A stretch of DNA of 64,000 nucleotides from Takakia lepidozioides. Its lineage: Eukaryota > Plantae > Bryophyta. Shown here in pieces: positions 12,405 to 24,800 of this stretch. The notes beneath the pieces are model-generated. The model did not search any database, was not told the origin of the DNA, and saw only the letters and a program-made list of their open reading frames with translations. Within the stretch, counting starts at the first letter, position 1; each line of letters starts with the position of its first letter. Position numbers and translations under genes: made by a program. The stretch spans positions 27,032,001 to 27,096,000 of the forward strand of contig CM060734.1 in NCBI GenBank assembly GCA_030704615.1, in the 5' to 3' direction.

Positions 12405-15400
12405 TTGCTTTAAATCTTTGCGAGTGTAGTGGACATACCTTGTCACATGCTCCTCTCAAGTATGAAATCAATCAAAATTGATTGAAAGGGTGAACCCATC
12501 GTTCGATGTTCAAATGATTTTTTGATTGCTTTCATCTTTGCGAGTGTGTTGGACATACCTTGTCACATGCTCCTCTCAAGTATGAAGTCAATGAAATTGA
12601 TTGAAAGGGTGAACGCATCGTTCGATGTTTCAAATGATCTTTGATTGCTTTCAAACATTGCGAGTGTGTTGGACTTACCTTGTCAGAGGTACGTGTCGAG
12701 TATCAGGTCAATCGAAATTGATTCAAATGGTGAACCCATCGTTCGATGTTCAAATGAATTTTTGATTGCTTTCAATCTTTGCGAGTGTGTTGGACATACC
12801 TTGTCACATGCTCCTCTCAAGTATGAAGTCAATCAAAATTGATTGAAAGGGTGAACCCATCGTTCGATGTTCAAATGATTTTTGATTGCTTTCAAACATT
12901 GCGAGTGTGTTGGACATACCTTGTCACATGCTCCTCTCAAGTATGAAGTCAATCAAAATTGATTGAAAGGGTGAACCCATCGTTCGATGTTCAAATGATC
13001 TTTTGATTGCTTTCAAACATTGCGAGTGTGTTGGACATACCTTGTCAGAGGTACGTGTCAAGTATCAGGTCAATCGAAATTGATTCAAAGGTGAACCCAT
13101 CGTTCGATGTTCAAATGAATTTTTGATTGCTTTCAATCTTTGCGAGTGTGTTGGACATACCTTGTCACATGCTCCTCTCAAGTATGAAGTCAATCAAAAT
13201 TGATTGAAAGGGTGAACCCATCGTTCGATGTTCAAATGATTTTGATTGCTTTCAAACATTGCGAGTGTGTTGGACATACCTTGTCAGAGGTACGTGTCGA
13301 GTATCAGGTCAATCGAAATTGATTCAAAGGGTGAACCCATCGTTCGATGTTCAAATGAATTTTTGATTGCTTTCAATCTTTGCGAGTGTGTTGGACATAC
13401 CTTGTCACATGCTCCTCTCAAGTATGAAGTCAATCAAAATTGATTGAAAGGGTGAACCCATCGTTCGATGTTCAAATGATCTTTGATTGCTTTCAAACAT
13501 TGCGAGTGTGTTGGACATACCTTGTCAGAGGTACGTGTCGAGTATGAGTCAATCGAAATTGATTGAAAGGGTGAACCCATCGTTCGATGTTCAAATGAAT
13601 TTTTGATTGCTTTCAATCTTTGCGAGTGTGTTGGACATACCTTGTCACATGCTCCTCTCAAGTATGAAGTCAATCAAAATTGATTGAAAGGGTGAACCCA
13701 TCGTTCGATGTTCAAATGATTTTGATTGCTTTCAAACATTGCGAGTGTGTTGGACATACCTTGTCAGAGGTACGTGTCGAGTATCAAGTCAATCGAAATT
13801 GATTCAAAGGGTGAACCCATCGTTCGATGTTCAAATGAATTTTTGATTGCTTTCAATCTTTGCGAGTGTGTTGGACATACCTTGTCACATGCTCCTCTCA
13901 AGTATGAGTCAATCGAAATTGATTCAAAGGGTGAACCCATCGTTCGATGTTCAAATGAATTTTTGATTGCTTTCAATCTTTGCGAGTGTGTTGGACATAC
14001 CTTGTCACATGCTCCTCTCAAGTATGAAGTCAATCAAAATTGATTGAAAGGGTGAACCCATCGTTCGATGTTCAAATGAATTTTGATTGCTTTCAAACAT
14101 TGCGAGTGTGTTGGACATACCTTGTCAGAGTACGTGTCGAGTATGAGGTCAATCGAAATTGATTCAAAGGGTGAACCCATCGTTCGATGTTCAAATGATT
14201 TTTGATTGCTTTCAATCTTTGCGAGTGTGTTGGACATACCTTGTCACATGCTCCTCTCAAGTATGAAGTCAATCAAAATTGATTGAAAGGGTGAACCCAT
14301 CGTTCGATGTTCAAATGAATTTTTGATTGCTTTCAATCTTTGCGAGTGTGTTGGACATACCTTGTCACATGCTCCTCTCAAGTATGAAGTCAATCGAAAT
14401 TGATTGAAAGGGTGAACCCATCGTTCGATGTTCAAATGATTTTTTGATTGCTTTCAATCTTTGCGAGTGTGTTGGACATACCTTGTCACATGCTCCTCTC
14501 AAGTATGAAGTCAATCAAAATTGATTGAAAGGGTGAACCCATCGTTCGATGTTCAAATGATCTTTGATTGCTTTCAAACATTGCGAGTGTGTTGGACATA
14601 CCTTGTCAGAGGTACGTGTCGAGTATCAGGTCAATCGAAATTGATTCAAAGGGTGAACCCATCGTTCGATGTTCAAATGAATTTTTGATTGCTTTCAATC
14701 TTTGCGAGTGTGTTGGACATACCTTGTCACATGCTCCTCTCAAGTATGAAGTCAATCAAAATTGATTGAAAGGGTGAACCCATCGTTCGATGTTCAAATG
14801 AATTTTTGATTGCTTTCAAACATTGCGAGTGTGTTGGACATACCTTGTCAGAGGTACGTGTCGAGTATGAGGTCAATCGAAATTGATTCAAAGGGTGAAC
14901 CCATCGTTCGATGTTCAAATGAATTTTTGATTGCTTTCAATCTTTGCGAGTGTGTTGGACATACCTTGTCACATGCTCCTCTCAAGTATGAAGTCAATCA
15001 AAATTGATTGAAAGGGTGAACCCATCGTTCGATGTTCAAATGATTTTTGATTGCTTTCAATCTTTGCGAGTGTGTTGGACATACCTTGTCAGAGGTACGT
15101 GTCGAGTATCAGGTCAATCGAAATTGATTGAAAGGGTGAACCCATCGTTCGATGTTCAAATGAATTTTTGATTGCTTTCAATCTTTGCGAGTGTGTTGGA
15201 CATACCTTGTCACATGCTCCTCTCAAGTATGAAGTCAATCAAAATTGATTGAAAGGGTGAACCCATCGTTCGATGTTCAAATGAATTTTTGATTGCTTTC
15301 AATCTTTGCGAGTGTGTTGGACATACCTTGTCACATGCTCCTCTCAAGTATGAAGTCAATCAAAATTGATTGAAAGGGTGAACCCATCGTTCGATGTTCA

Positions 15401-16217
15401 AATGATTTTTGATTGCTTTCAAACATTGCGAGTGTGTTGGACATACCTTGTCAGAGGTACGTGTCGAGTATCAGGTCAATCGAAATTGATTCAAAGGGTG
15501 AACCCATCGTTCGATGTTCAAATGAATTTTGATTGCTTTCAATCTTTGCGAGTGTGTTGGACATACCTTGTCACATGCTCCTCTCAAGTATGAAGTCAAT
15601 CAAAATTGATTGAAAGGGTGAACCCATCGTTCGATGTTCAAATGATTTTTGATTGCTTTCAAACATTGCGAGTGTGTTGGACATACCTTGTCACAGGTAC
15701 GTGTCGAGTATCATGACAATCGAAATTGATTCAAAGGGTGAACCCATCGTTCGATGTTCAAATGAATTTTTGATTGCTTTCAATCTTTGCGAGTGTGTTG
15801 GACATACCTTGTCACATGCTCCTCTCAAGTATGAAGTCAATCAAAATTGATTGAAAGGGTGAACCCATCGTTCGATGTTCAAATGATTTTTGATTGCTTT
15901 CAAACATTGCGAGTGTGTTGGACATACCTTGTCACAGGTACGTGTCGAGTATGAGGTCAATCGAAATTGATTGAAAGGGTGAACCCATCGTTCGATGTTC
16001 AAATGAATTTTTGATTGCTTTCAATCTTTGCGAGTGTGTTGGACATACCTTGTCACATGCTCCTCTCAAGTATGAGGTCAATCGAAATTGATTCAAAGGT
16101 GAACCCATCGTTCGATGTTCAAATGAATTTTTGATTGCTTTCAATCTTTGCGAGTGTGTTGGACATACCTTGTCACATGCTCCTCTCAAGTATGAAGTCA
16201 ATCAAAATTGATTGAAA

Positions 16218-18860
16218 GGGTGAACCCATCGTTCGATGTTCAAATGAATTTTTGATTGCTTTCAAACATTGCGAGTGTGTTGGACATACCTTGTCAGAGG
16301 TACGTGTCGAGTATGAGGTCAATCAAAATTGATTCAAAGGGTGAACCCATCGTTCGATGTTCAAATGAATTTTTGATTGCTTTCAATCTTTGCGAGTGTG
16401 TTGGACATACCTTGTCACATGCTCCTCTCAAGTATGAAGTCAATCAAAATTGATTGAAAGGGTGAACCCATCGTTCGATGTTCAAATGATTTTGATTGCT
16501 TTCAAACATTGCGAGTGTGTTGGACATACCTTGTCAGAGGTACGTGTCGAGTATCAGGTCAATCGAAATTGATTCAAAGGGTGAACCCATCGTTCGATGT
16601 TCAAATGAATTTTTGATTGCTTTCAATCTTTGCGAGTGTGTTGGACATACCTTGTCACATGCTCCTCTCAAGTATGAAGTCAATCAAAATTGATTGAAAG
16701 GGTGAACCCATCGTTCGATGTTCAAATGATTTTTGATTGCTTTCAATCTTTGCGAGTGTGTTGGACATACCTTGTCACATGCTCCTCTCAAGTATGAAGT
16801 CAATCAGAATTGATTGAAAGGGTGAACCCATCGTTCGATGTTCAAATGAATTTTTGATTGCTTTCAAACATTGCGAGTGTGTTGGACATACCTTGTCACA
16901 TGCTCCTCTCAAGTATGAAGTCAATCAAAATTGATTGAAAGGGTGAACCCATCGTTCGATGTTCAAATGATTTTTGATTGCTTTCAAACATTGCGAGTGT
17001 GTTGGACATACCTTGTCAGAGGTACGTGTCAAGTATCATGTCAATCGAAATTGATTCAAAGGGTGAACCCATCGTTCGATGTTCAAATGAATTTTTGATT
17101 GCTTTCAATCTTGCGAGTGTGTTGGACATACCTTGTCACATGCTCCTCTCAAGTATGAAGTCAATCAAAATTGATTGAAAGGGTGAACCCATCGTTCGAT
17201 GTTCAAATGATCTTTGATTGCTTCCAAACATTGCGAGTGTGTTGGACATACCTTGTCAGAGGTACGTGTCGAGTATCAGGTCAATCGAAATTGATTCAAA
17301 GGGTGAACCCATCGTTCGATGTTCAAATGAATTTTTGATTGCTTTCAATCTTTGCGAGTGTGTTGGACATACCTTGTCACATGCTCCTCTCAAGTATGAA
17401 GTCAATCAAAATTGATTGAAAGGGTGAACCCATCGTTCGATGTTCAAATGAATTTTTGATTGCTTTCAATCTTGCGAGTGTGTTGGACATACCTTGTCAC
17501 ATGCTCCTCTCAAGTATGAAGTCAATCAAAATTGATTGAAAGGGTGAACCCATCGTTCGATGTTCAAATGAATTTTTGATTGCTTTCAAACATTGCGAGT
17601 GTGTTGGACATACCTTGTCAGAGGTACTGTCGAGTATGAGGTCAATCGAAATTGATTCAAAGGGTGAACCCATCGTTCGATGTTCAAATGAATTTTTGAT
17701 TGCTTTCAATCTTTGCGAGTGTGTTGGACATACCTTGTCACATGCTCCTCTCAAGTATGAAGTCAATCAAAATTGATTGAAAGGGTGAACCCATCGTTCG
17801 ATGTTCAAATGATCTTTGATTGCTTTCAAACATTGCGAGTGTGTTGGACATACCTTGTCAGAGGTACGTGTCAAGTATCAGTCAATCGAAATTGATTCAA
17901 AGGGTGAACCCATCGTTCGATGTTCAAATGAATTTTTGATTGCTTTCAATCTTTGCGAGTGTGTTGGACATACCTTGTCACATGCTCCTCTCAAGTATGA
18001 AGTCAATCAAAATTGAAAAGGGTGAACCCATCGTTCGATGTTCAAATGATTTTTGATTGCTTTCAATCTTTGCGAGTGTGTTGGACATACCTTGTCACAT
18101 GCTCCTCTCAAGTATGAAGTCAATCAAAATTGATTGAAAGGGTGAACCCATCGTTCGATGTTCAATGAATTTTTGATTGCTTTCAAATTTTGCGAGTGTG
18201 TTGGACATACCTTGTCACATGCTCCTCTCAAGTATGAAGTCAATCAAAATTGATTGAAAGGGTGAACCCATCGTTCGATGTTCAAATGATTTTGATTGCT
18301 TTCAAACATTGCGAGTGTGTTGGACATACCTTGTCAGAGGTACGTGTCAAGTATCATGTCAATCAAAATTGATTCAAAGGTTGAACCCATCGTTCGATGT
18401 TCAAATGAATTTTTGATTGCTTTCAATCTTGCGAGTGTGTTGGACATACCTTGTCACATGCTCCTCTCAAGTATGAAGTCAATCAAAATTGATTGAAAGG
18501 GTGAACCCATCGTTCGATGTTCAAATGATTTTTGATTGCTTTCAAACATTGCGAGTGTGTTGGACATACCTTGTCAGAGGTACGTGTCGAGTATCAGGTC
18601 AATCGAAATTGATTCAAAGGGTGAACCCATCGTTCGATGTTCAAATGAATTTTTGATTGCTTTCAATCTTTGCGAGTGTGTTGGACATACCTTGTCACAT
18701 GCTCCTCTCAAGTATGAGGTCAATCGAAATTGATTGAAAGGGTGAACCCATCGTTCGATGTTCAAATGAATTTTTGATTGCTTTCAATCTTTGCGAGTGT
18801 GTTGGACATACCTTGTCACATGCTCCTCTCAAGTATGAAGTCAATCAAAATTGATTGAAA
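16218..18860 (+). repeat. Two tandem copies of an 11-monomer higher-order repeat (~1.32 kb)
   Basis: Order B-A-B-A-A-A'-B-A-B-(A or hybrid)-A. The marked first monomer (GAATTTTT header + B tail with TATGAGG) starts at 16218, 17542 and 18861. Confidence 0.75.
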
Positions 18861-21800
18861 GGGTGAACCCATCGTTCGATGTTCAAATGAATTTTTGATT
18901 GCTTTCAAACATTGCGAGTGTGTTGGACATACCTTGTCAGAGGTACGTGTCGAGTATGAGGTCAATCGAAATTGATTCAAAGGGTGAACCCATCGTTCGA
19001 TGTTCAAATGAATTTTTGATTGCTTTCAATCTTTGCGAGTGTGTTGGACATACCTTGTCACATGCTCCTCTCAAGTATGAAGTCAATCAAAATTGATTGA
19101 AAGGGTGAACCCATCGTTCGATGTTCAAATGATCTTTGATTGCTTTCAAACATTGCGAGTGTGTTGGACATACCTTGTCAGAGGTACGTGTCGAGTATCA
19201 GGTCAATCGAAATTGATTCAAAGGGTGAACCCATCGTTCGATGTTCAAATGAATTTTTGATTGCTTTCAATCTTTGCGAGTGTGTTGGACATACCTTGTC
19301 ACATGCTCCTCTCAAGTATGAAGTCAATCAAAATTGATTGAAAGGGTGAACCCATCGTTCGATGTTCAAATGATCTTTGATTGCTTTCAATCTTTGCGAG
19401 TGTGTTGGACATACCTTGTCACATGCTCCTCTCAAGTATGAAGTCAATCAAAATTGATTGAAAGGGTGAACCCATCGTTCGATGTTCAAATGATTTTTGA
19501 TTGCTTTCAAACATTGCGAGTGTGTTGGACATACCTTGTCAGAGGTACTGTCAAGTATCAAGTCAATCGAATTGATTCAAAGGGTGAACCCATCGTTCGA
19601 TGTTCAAATGAATTTTTGATTGCTTTCAATCTTTGCGAGTGTGTTGGACATACCTTGTCACATGCTCTCTCAGTATGAGGTCAATCGAAATTGATTCAAA
19701 GGTGAACCCATCGTTCGATGTTCAAATGAATTTTGATTGCTTTCAATCTTTGCGAGTGTGTTGGACATACCTTGTCAGAGGTACGTGTCGAGTATGAAGG
19801 TCAATCGAAATTGATTCAAAGGGTGAACCCATCGTTCGATGTTCAAATGAATTTTTGATTGCTTTCAATCTTTGCGAGTGTGTTGGACATACCTTGTCAC
19901 ATGCTCTCTCAAGTATGAAGTCAATCGAAATTGATTCAAAGGGTGAACCCATCGTTCGATGTTCAAATGAATTTTTGATTGCTTTCAATCTTTGCGAGTG
20001 TGTTGGACATACCTTGTCACATGCTCCTCTCAAGTATGAAGTCAATCAAAATTGATTGAAAGGGTGAACCCATCGTTCGATGTTCAAATGATTTTTGATT
20101 GCTTTCAAACATTGCGAGTGTGTTGGACTTACCTTGTCAGAGGTACGTGTCGAGTATGAAGTCAATCGAAATTGATTCAAAGGGTGAACCCATCGTTCGA
20201 TGTTCAAAATGAATTTTTGATTGCTTTCAATCTTTGCGAGTGTGTTGGACATACCTTGTCACATGCTCCTCTCAAGTATGAAGTCAATCAAAATTGATTG
20301 AAAGGGTGAACCCATCGTTCGATGTTCAAATGATCTTTGATTGCTTTCAAACATTGCGAGTGTGTTGACATACCTTGTCAGAGGTACGTGTCGAGTATCA
20401 TGTCAATCGAAATGGATTCAAAGGGTGAACCCATCGTTCGATGTTCAAATGAATTTTTGATTGCTTTCAATCTTTGCGAGTGTGTTGGACATACCTTGTC
20501 ACATGCTCCTCTCAAGTATGAAGTCAATCAAAATTGATTGAAAGGGTGAACCCATCGTTCGATGTTCAAATGATTTTTGATTGCTTTCAAACTTTGCGAG
20601 TGTGTTGGACATACCTTGTCACATGCTCCTGTCAAGTATGAAGTCAATCAAAATTGATTGAAAGGGTGAACCCATCGTTCGATGTTCAAATGAATTTTGA
20701 TTGTTTTCAATCTTTGCGAGTGTGTTGGACATACCTTGTCACATGCTCCTCTCAAGTATGAAGTCAATCAAAATTGATTGAAAGGGTGAACCCATCGTTC
20801 GATGTTCAAATGAATTTTTGATTGCTTTCAAACATTGCGAGTGTGTTGGACTTACCTTGTCAGAGGTACGTGTCAGTATGAGGTCAATCGAAATTGATTC
20901 AAAGGGTGAACCCATCGTTCGATGTTCAAATGAATTTTTGATTGCTTTCAATCTTTGCGAGTGTGTTGACATACCTTGTCACATGCTCCTCTCAAGTATG
21001 AAGTCAATCAAATTGATTGAAAGGGTGAACCCATCGTTCGATGTTCAAATGATTTTTGATTGCTTTCAAACATTGCGAGTGTGTTGGACATACCTTGTCA
21101 GAGGTACGTGTCGAGTATCATGTCAATCGAAATTGATTCAAGGGTGAACCCATCGTTCGATGTTCAAATGAATTTTTGATTGCTTTCAATCTTTGCGAGT
21201 GTGTTGGACATACCTTGTCACATGCTCCTCTCAAGTATGAAGTCAATCAAAATTGATTGAAAGGGTGAACCCATCGTTCGATGTTCAAATGATCTTGATT
21301 GCTTTCAAACATTGCGAGTGTGTTGGACATACCTTGTCAGAGGTACGTGTCGAGTATCAGGTCAATCGAAATTGATTCAAAGGGTGAACCCATCGTTCGA
21401 TGTTCAAATGAATTTTTGATTGCTTTCAATCTTTGCGAGTGTGTTGGACATACCTTGTCACATGCTCCTCTCAAGTATGAATCAATCAAAATTGATTGAA
21501 AGGGTGAACCCATCGTTCGATGTTCAAATGAATTTTGATTGCTTTCAAACATTGCGAGTGTGTTGGACATACCTTGTCACATGCTCCTCTCAAGTATGAA
21601 GTCAATCAAAATTGATTGAAAGGGTGAACCCATCGTTCGATGTTCAAATGAATTTTTGATTGCTTTCAAACATGCGAGTGTGTTGGACTTACCTTGTCAG
21701 AGGTACGTGTCAAGTATGAGGTCAATCGAAATTGATTCAAAGGGTGAACCCATCGTTCGATGTTCAAATGATTTTTGATTGCTTTCAAACTTTGCGAGTG

Positions 21801-24800
21801 TGTTGGACATACCTTGTCACATGCTCCTCTCAAGTATGAGTCAATCGAAATTGATTGAAAGGGTGAACCCATCGTTCGATGTTCAAATGAATTTTTGATT
21901 GCTTTCAATCTTTGCGAGTGTGTTGGACATACCTTGTCACATGCTCCTCTCAAGTATGAAGTCAATCAAAATTGATTGAAAGGGTGAACCCATCGTTCGA
22001 TGTGTTCAAATGAATTTTTGATTGCTTTCAAACATTGCGAGTGTGTTGGACATACCTTGTCAGAGGTACGTGTCGAGTATGAGGTCAATCGAAATTGATG
22101 AAAAGGGTGAACCCATCGTTCGATGTTAAATGAATTTTTGATTGCTTTCAAACATTGCGAGTGTGTTGGACATACCTTGTCAATGCTCTCTCTCAAGTAT
22201 GAAGTCAATCAAAATTGATTGAAAGGGTGAACCCATCGTTCGATGTTCAAATGATCTTTTGATTGCTTTCAATTCAAATGAATTTTTGATTGCTTTCAAT
22301 CTTTGCGAGTGTGTTGGACATACCTTGTCACATGCTCCTCTCAAGTATGAAGTCAATCAAAATTGATTGAAAGGGTGAACCCATCGTTCGATGTTCAAAT
22401 GATTTTTTGATTGCTTTCAAACTTTGCGAGTGTGTTGGACATACCTTGTCACATGTACTCTCAGTATGAAGTCAATCAAATTGATTGAAAGGGTGAACCC
22501 ATCGTTCGATGTTCAAATGATTTTTGATTGCTTTCAAACTTGCGAGTGTGTACCTTGTCAGAGGTACGTGTCGAGTATCAGGTCAATCAAAATTGATTGA
22601 AAGGGTGAACCCATCGTTCGATGTTCAAATGAATTTGATTGCTTTCAATCTTTGCGAGTGTGTTGGACATACCTTGTCACATGCTCCTCTCAAGTATGAA
22701 GTCAATCAAAATTGATTGAAAGGGTGAACCCATCGTTCGATGTTCAAATGATTTTTGATTGCTTTCAACATTGCGAGTGTGTTGGACATACCTTGTCACA
22801 TGCTCCTCTCAAGTATGAAGTCAATCAAAATTGATTGAAAGGGTGAACCCATCGTTCGATGTTCAAATGATCTTTGATTGCTTTCAAACATGCGAGTGTG
22901 TTGGACATACCTTGTCAGAGGTACGTGTCGAGTATCAGGTCAATCGAAATTGATTCAAAGGTTGAACCCATCGTTCGATGTTCAAATGAATTTTTGATTG
23001 CTTTCAATCTTTGCGAGTGTGTTGGACATACCTTGTCACATGCTCCTCTCAAGTATGAAGTCAATCAAAATTGATTCAAGGGTGAACCCATCGTTCGATG
23101 TTCAAATGATTTTGATTGCTTTCAATCTTTGCGAGTGTGTTGGACATACCTTGTCAGAGGTACGTGTCGAGTATCAGGTCAATCGAAATTGATTCAAAGG
23201 GTGAACCCATCGTTCGATGTTCAAATGAATTTTTGATTGCTTTCAATCTTTGCGAGTGTGTTGGACATACCTTGTCACATGCTCCTCTCAAGTATGAAGT
23301 CAATCAAAATTGATTGAAAGGGTGAACCCATCGTTCGATGTTCAAATGAATTTTTGATTGCTTTCAATCTTTGCGAGTGTGTTGGACATACCTTGTCACA
23401 TGCTCCTCTCAAGTATGAAGTCAATCAAAATTGATTGAAAGGGTGAACCATCGTTCGATGTTCAAATGATTTTTGATTGCTTTCAATCTTTGCGAGTGTG
23501 TTGGACATACCTTGTCACATGCTCCTCTCAAGTATGAAGTCAATCAAAATTGATTGAAAGGGTGAACCCATCGTTCGATGTTCAAATGATCTTTGATTGC
23601 TTTCAAACATGCGAGTGTGTTGGACATACCTTGTCAGAGGTACGTGTCGAGTATCACGTCAATCGAAATTGATTCAAAGGGTGAACCCATCGTTCGATGT
23701 TCAAATGAATTTTTGATTGCTTTCAATCTTTGCGAGTGTGTTGGACATACCTTGTCACATGCTCCTCTCAAGTATGAAGTCAATCCAAAATTGATTGAAA
23801 GGGTGAACCCATCGTTCGATGTTCAAATGATTTTTGATTGCTTTCAAACATTGCGAGTGTGTTGGACATACCTTGTCACATGCTGCTCTCAAGTATGAAG
23901 TCAATCAAAATTGATTGAAAGGGTGAACCCATCGTTCGATGTTCAAATGAATTTTGATTGCTTTCAATCTTGCGAGTGTGTTGGACATACCTTGTCACAT
24001 GCTCCTCTCAAGTATGAAGTCAATCAAAATTGATTGAAAGGGTGAACCCATCGTTCGATGTTCAAATGATTTTTGATTGCTTTCAATCTTTGCGAGTGTG
24101 TTGGACATACCTTGTCACATGCTCCTCTCAAGTATGAGGTCAATCGAAATTGATTCAAAGGGTGAACCCATCGTTCGATGTTCAAATGATTTTTGATTGC
24201 TTTCAATCTTTGCGAGTGTGTTGGACATACCTTGTCACATGCTCCTCTCAAGTATGAAGTCAATCAAAATTGATTGAAAGGGTGAACGCATCGTTCGATG
24301 TTCAAATGATTTTGATTGCTTTCAAACATTGCGAGTGTGTTGGACTTACCTTGTCAGAGGTACGTGTCGAGTATGAGGTCAATCGAAATTGATTCAAAGG
24401 GTGAACCCATCGTTCGATGTTCAAATGAATTTTTGATTGCTTTCAATCTTTGCGAGTGTGTTGGACATACCTTGTCACATGCTCCTCTCAAGTATGAAGT
24501 CAATCAAAATTGATTGAAAGGGTGAACCCATCGTTCGATGTTCAAATGATCTTTGATTGCTTTCAAACATTGCGAGTGTGTTGGACATACCTTGTCAGAG
24601 GTACGTGTCGAGTATCAGGTCAATCGAAATTGATTCAAAGGGTGAACCCATCGTTCGATGTTCAAATGAATTTTTGATTGCTTTCAATCTTTGCGAGTGT
24701 GTTGGACATACCTTGTCACATGCTCCTCTCAAGTATGAAGTCAATCAAAATTGATTGAAAGGGTGAACCCATCGTTCGATGTTCAAATGATTTTTTGATT

